Part shown: piece by piece, positions 59,870 through 64,000 of the stretch | How the letters are laid out: every line of letters begins with the position of its first letter | Position numbering within the stretch: position 1 is the stretch's first letter | Assembly (NCBI GenBank): GCA_963820525.1 | Contig: CAWGAA010000001.1 | Location: 544,001 to 608,000 of the forward strand | Source: an uncultured Spirochaetota bacterium | GTDB taxonomy: Bacteria; Spirochaetota; Spirochaetia; SZUA-6; Fen-1364 | Direction: 5' to 3' | Length of the DNA: 64,000 nt | Made by a program: the position numbers and the translations under genes | Notes under the pieces: model-generated | What the model saw: only the letters and a program-made list of their open reading frames with translations | Told to the model about the DNA's origin: nothing | Databases searched by the model: none

Positions 59870-60657
59870 TTGCGGGCGCCCCCGAGAGTGACGATGAGGG
59901 ATCCGATGGCCTGAAAGCTGCCGTCGATGATCCGCTCGAAGGCCGTCATGAGGAACGGCATGCCGGCCAGGAGCATGATGAAGGCGACGCCGATGGAGAG
60001 GGGAAAACCCATGGTGAGGATGTCCATCTGGGGCGATGCCTTGGCCAGGAGCCCCATGGTGATCGAAACGAGGATCAGGGTGCCCATGATGGGAAAGGAG
60101 ATGATGAGGGCGCTCTGGAAAAGGCCCGAAAGCCCCTGGATGAGAGTCCTCATGAGCTCGTCCTTGTGCAGCACGAGGTCCACCGCCCGAACGTACTCGA
60201 AGGATCTCGCCACTCCGAGGAAGAGGAACTTGCCGGCGCCGGAGATGGCGATGAAGACCAGGAGCGCGACGAGGTTCAAGAACTCGCCCATGAGGGGCAG
60301 CTCGATCTGCGCCAGGGGATCGTAGACTTCCGATATGCCGAAGCCCATCTGGAGCGAGAAGAAATGGCCGGCGGTCTGGAAAGCGGAGAAGATGAGCTGC
60401 AGCATGAAACCGATCACCAGGCCGATGCCGACCTCTCCCAGGATGAGAAGGAAGTAGTCCACGGGGCTGGGCGGGATGGGATACCCGGCCTGGAGAACCC
60501 AGGGAAATACCGCTGCCGATGAGAAGAACGCGAGGCCGATCTTCGCGGTCTGGGGGAGCGTCGAGGATGAGAAAAGGGGGGCAACCTCCAGCAGCGCGAT
60601 GGTGCGAAAGAGAACGAGGAGGAAAAGCTGGATGTTGTCTACCAGTTGGCCGATCAC
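59866..60657 (-). CDS. fliR: Flagellar export protein FliR
   Basis: APLFS, GEV.IG, AG....QMGF, DP, KASPQMD..GFP. Confidence 0.93.
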   Translation of the reverse strand: MIGQLVDNIQLFLLVLFRTIALLEVAPLFSSSTLPQTAKIGLAFFSSAAVFPWVLQAGYPIPPSPVDYFLLILGEVGIGLVIGFMLQLIFSAFQTAGHFFSLQMGFGISEVYDPLAQIELPLMGEFLNLVALLVFIAISGAGKFLFLGVARSFEYVRAVDLVLHKDELMRTLIQGLSGLFQSALIISFPIMGTLILVSITMGLLAKASPQMDILTMGFPLSIGVAFIMLLAGMPFLMTAFERIIDGSFQAIGSLIVTLGGARK

Positions 60658-60669
60658 CCCCTCCCCCTC

Positions 60670-60933
60670 CTAGATGTGAGAGATCATCTCGAAGAGCCGC
60701 TTCGTAAACTGGACCATGGATTCCAGGAGCCATCTGCCGAAGAGAACGAGGCTCAGCAGGATCGCGGCGATCTTGGGCACGAAGGTGAGCGTCTGCTCCT
60801 GGATCGAGGTGGTGGCCTGGAGGATCGCGATGATCAGGCCGACACCCATGCCGATGAGGAGAATCGGGCCGGAGATGATGAGGATCTGAAGCACCCCTTC
60901 CCGAATCAGCTGTATAGCAGTGCCGAGCGTCAT
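60670..60933 (-). CDS. fliQ: Flagellar export protein FliQ
   Basis: QATTSIQEQTLTFVPK. Confidence 0.96.
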   Translation of the reverse strand: MTLGTAIQLIREGVLQILIISGPILLIGMGVGLIIAILQATTSIQEQTLTFVPKIAAILLSLVLFGRWLLESMVQFTKRLFEMISHI

Positions 60934-60946
60934 TGCCTGTCCCCTT

Positions 60947-61759
60947 TCATCTGAAGCTCCTCACCAGCTGCATCGTGATGAGCCCCCATCCGTCCACCAG
61001 CACGAAGAGCACGAGCTTGAACGGCATCGATATCATGACCGGCGGCAGCATGATCATGCCCATCGACATGAGGGTGGAAGCCACCACCATGTCGATGATG
61101 ATGAACGGAATGAACAATAATATCCCGATCTTGAACGCCACCGTCATCTCGTGCAGCACGAAGGCGGGAATCAGCACGTAGGTCGGCACATCGGCGAGGG
61201 TCTTCGGCTTGGGGAGTTTTCTCATGTTCATGAAGAGCCGGATGTTCTCCGCGTCGTCCCCGATCTGCCGGTACATGAACAGCCGCAGCGGCTTCTCGGC
61301 CCCGGTGAACATCTCCTCCAGGCCGATCTTCCCCTCCCCGAAAGGCTTCAAGGACTGCTGGTAGATCTGGTCCAGGGTCGGCCACATGATGAAGAGCGTA
61401 AGGAAGAGGGCCAGCCCCATGAGCACCTGGTTCGGCGGCGCCTGCTGCAGCGAGAGGGCGCGCTTGATGAAGTCGAAGACAATGGCGATCCGAAGGAAAC
61501 ACGTCATGAGGATGAGGATCGAGGGCGCCAGGGCGAGGACGGTGAGGAGGAGAAGCATCTGGACGGACAGGACAACTTCCTGGTTGTTCCGCGCCTGCCG
61601 CACGTTCATGTCGACGAATGGGAAGGGAAGCGCGCCCCCCCCTCCTGCGGCCGCCGTTCCCCCCGCCGCGCCGCCGGCCGCGGCCTGCGCAGGGAGCATC
61701 GAGGCGCCGGCGATCATGAGAAGGAAGATCGCGGCGGTCCGTATGAGGCGCATCTTCAC
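60947..61759 (-). CDS. fliP: Flagellar export protein FliP
   Basis: LAPSILILMT.F.RI, PPNQVL, PFIIIDMVV, MGMIMLPP, PFKLVLFVLVDGW. Confidence 0.96.
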   Translation of the reverse strand: MKMRLIRTAAIFLLMIAGASMLPAQAAAGGAAGGTAAAGGGGALPFPFVDMNVRQARNNQEVVLSVQMLLLLTVLALAPSILILMTCFLRIAIVFDFIKRALSLQQAPPNQVLMGLALFLTLFIMWPTLDQIYQQSLKPFGEGKIGLEEMFTGAEKPLRLFMYRQIGDDAENIRLFMNMRKLPKPKTLADVPTYVLIPAFVLHEMTVAFKIGILLFIPFIIIDMVVASTLMSMGMIMLPPVMISMPFKLVLFVLVDGWGLITMQLVRSFR

Positions 61760-61771
61760 GGCTCGCCTCCC

Positions 61772-62401
61772 CTACATCTTTCGAAGCCGCTCGCGCTGGC
61801 TCTTGAGCATCTGAAGGCTCTCGCCCAGCGAGAAGGGCTTCTTGGCGGGCTTGAAGATGTCCGCCAGAATCTCCTGGAAGCTTCGCCTCAGGGCGGGGCC
61901 CTGCTCCGCCGCCTTCAGCTTCAGCGCATCCAGGCTCTCCTTGTCCGTGATCTGGGAAATGAGCTCGACCCCCCCGTCCGAGGAGCCGATGAGGTAGACG
62001 CTTCCCCCCGCCTCCACCAGGTGCAGCGCCCTGCTGCCGGAAAGGCTTCGCGACCCGAGAATCCTGATGAGGTCGTTTTCCTGGATCTTTCTGCCCGACC
62101 CTTTTCGAAGAAGGAAGAAGATGAGGTAGATGAATCCCACGACGCAGGCCAGCACCAGGAGCATGCGCACGAAGTCCCACGTGGAGACCGTCGGCGCCGG
62201 CGCCTGCTGTGCGGATGCGGCCGCGGGAACCTGCTGCCCGGGCTCCGGTATGGCGAGCTCTGATTCGCGGACGGCCGGCGCCGGGGCGGCCGGAGCGTCG
62301 ACTTTCGTACTCGCGACGTCCCGCTTCTCCTGACAGAATGCGGCCGGGGCCGCCAGGGCCAGGACGATGAGAGTCGCCCAGATCAGCGATTGGGCACGCA
62401 A
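61772..62401 (-). CDS. fliO: Flagellar protein FliO/FliZ
   Basis: Signal peptide, TM, beta domain (SLSGSRALHLVEAGG..YLIG); lies between fliY and fliP. Confidence 0.8.
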   Translation of the reverse strand: MRAQSLIWATLIVLALAAPAAFCQEKRDVASTKVDAPAAPAPAVRESELAIPEPGQQVPAAASAQQAPAPTVSTWDFVRMLLVLACVVGFIYLIFFLLRKGSGRKIQENDLIRILGSRSLSGSRALHLVEAGGSVYLIGSSDGGVELISQITDKESLDALKLKAAEQGPALRRSFQEILADIFKPAKKPFSLGESLQMLKSQRERLRKM

Positions 62402-62512
62402 ATGCGTGCAGACTGCGCGCGCGCTTCGGCGCGCTGGAGATAGCTTTTTCAGATTCCCCCTCCCAGTTCAATCCGAAAAAAGGCTCTTCGAGCTCGGGCC
62501 TCAGGCCCGACT

Positions 62513-63625
62513 CTATGTCAAATCGTTCATTCGATCAATCTGCGATACGATCTCCGTCACGCGCACGCCGAAGTTCTCGTCGATGACCACGACCTCTCCC
62601 TTGGCGATGAGCTTGTGGTTCACCAGGATGTCGACGGGCTCGCCGGCCAGCTTGTCCAGCTCGATGATCGTTCCCTCGCCGATTCCGAGGATGTCCTTGA
62701 TCCGTTTCCTCGTTCTTCCCAGCTCCACGGTCATCTCCATGTACACGTCCATGAGAAGACCGATGTTTCCCTGCTCTCCCACCATCTGGGCGGGCTGGAG
62801 GTTGGCGAACTGCACGGGCTGGACGTTCGGCGGCGCCGCGCCGGGCCCTCCGAAGACCTGTCCGAAGGTCTGCTGGAAACCCTGGGGCGCCCCGAAGCCC
62901 CCTCCCTGGCCCGCCTGCGCGGCTGACTGCCTCGGAGCCTGGGCGCGCGCGGCGCTCGCGGCGGGCCGCGAGCCGGACGCCGAGGACAGCGAGAGGATCT
63001 CCTTGACCAGAGAAAGGGAGTACACTTCCGTGAGCGGCGAAGGCGGAAAGCCTTCGATGTTCATGGGATACTCCACAGTCACGACGAACTCACCCTGCGG
63101 AAGCCGCGCCTGCGACCTCTTGGCCTGGCGGAGGTCCGGGGGGGCCATCTTTATCGTGCGGCTGATCTGGTTTCCGATGGCCGTGGCCGCCGTCCCCGTG
63201 ATCTGGGAAACCGCCTCGGCAACGGCGGAGAGAGACGCCTCGTCGAGATCTCCCCCCGGCTGCCCCATCATGAGCCCCGCGATGGTGGTGGCGCTTTCCT
63301 TCGTTATGATATAGGCGTGCTCGCCCACCAGACCGTCTGTGAAATCCACGCGGACGTCGACCACCTCTTCGGCCCCGCCGCCGGAAAGCTCCGCCGCGGG
63401 GCGGACCCTCACCAGCGGATCTCCGATCGTCACGGTCTTGCCCGTGAGGATCGAAAGGTTGGAGCCCTGGCTCTCGGTGACGCCGCGCAGGAAATCCTGC
63501 AGGTGCGCCCTCTCCGCCTCCGAAAGGGGTGAGGAGGAAGCGCCCGCGCCCGGTTCCATTTCTATCGCGTCGGTTCCCTGCAAAAGGGCATCGATCTCGT
63601 CCTGCGAGAGCGATCCATCACTCAT
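62513..63625 (-). CDS. fliY: Flagellar motor switch protein FliY/FliN
   Basis: LSQDEIDALL, CheC-like middle, FliN domain LMDV..TVELGR, LAGEP, GEVVVIDENFGVRVTEI. Confidence 0.92.
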   Translation of the reverse strand: MSDGSLSQDEIDALLQGTDAIEMEPGAGASSSPLSEAERAHLQDFLRGVTESQGSNLSILTGKTVTIGDPLVRVRPAAELSGGGAEEVVDVRVDFTDGLVGEHAYIITKESATTIAGLMMGQPGGDLDEASLSAVAEAVSQITGTAATAIGNQISRTIKMAPPDLRQAKRSQARLPQGEFVVTVEYPMNIEGFPPSPLTEVYSLSLVKEILSLSSASGSRPAASAARAQAPRQSAAQAGQGGGFGAPQGFQQTFGQVFGGPGAAPPNVQPVQFANLQPAQMVGEQGNIGLLMDVYMEMTVELGRTRKRIKDILGIGEGTIIELDKLAGEPVDILVNHKLIAKGEVVVIDENFGVRVTEIVSQIDRMNDLT

Positions 63626-64000
63626 GCTTCTCCCTCCTCGTCGGCGACGAGCTCTTCGAACTCAGCCTGCTCGATGTCCTCGAGCTTCTTCAGCACCTGG
63701 ATGGCGGTCTTGTTGCCCACCACCCCGGGGCGGCACATGAACTTCCTTCTGTCCCCGATCTTCAGAACCATCGGGTCGTTCATCCGAACGTTCTGCAGGC
63801 GGATGATGTCCCCGAGGCGCAGCGCCAGCACGTCGCGCATCGTGATGTCGATGCTGCCCACCTCTGCCACGAGAGTGATCTCTATCCCTGCCAGCCTGTC
63901 GCGAAGGATGTTGAGGTTCTCCGTCGTGGTTCCCCTTCGCACCGAGGAGTACATGTACTGCGCCGAAAGCTTCGAGATGATGGGCTCGATGGTGAGGTAG
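63622..64000 (-). CDS. fliM: Flagellar motor switch protein FliM, C-terminal part (runs off window)
   Basis: YLTIEPIISKLS, SpoA domain (LALRLGDIIRL); ATGA overlap with fliY. Confidence 0.9.
   Translation of the reverse strand, partial: YLTIEPIISKLSAQYMYSSVRRGTTTENLNILRDRLAGIEITLVAEVGSIDITMRDVLALRLGDIIRLQNVRMNDPMVLKIGDRRKFMCRPGVVGNKTAIQVLKKLEDIEQAEFEELVADEEGEA

Overview
GC-rich bacterial chromosomal segment, almost certainly a free-living Spirochaetota. Evidence for this: the fliM-fliY-fliO-fliPQR-flhBA-flhF-flhG-fliA-fapA-cheWAY gene order, type-2 IleRS, a spirochete-style EF-G2 and spirochete-type hypotheticals next to secA. Left to right the window holds: a sugar ABC operon; a four-gene NHEJ locus; yejABEF; an archaeal (Thermococcales-type) hypA/ATPase-hypB pair; iscS-thiI; hisHF; ileS; argS; two tandem divergent EF-G paralogs separated by a response-regulator gene scar; nnr; secA; a cell-wall cluster (two LysM-M23 peptidases, a beta-helix membrane protein, a class B PBP, Maf); and a flagellar/chemotaxis operon. 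The best candidate for an undescribed system is the NHEJ locus at 2.5-7.4 kb. There a LigD whose ligase domain has lost its catalytic residues faces an operon of Ku, an intact stand-alone ATP ligase and an uncharacterised BRCT-MerR HTH-TPR protein. Other leads are the archaeal-type Ni-insertion pair, complementary degeneration of the two EF-Gs, a candidate sigma28-dependent sRNA and a Prp-cleavage-like motif on FlhB. No tRNA, rRNA, CRISPR or mobile element was seen. All family calls come from motif recognition by eye, not database searches.
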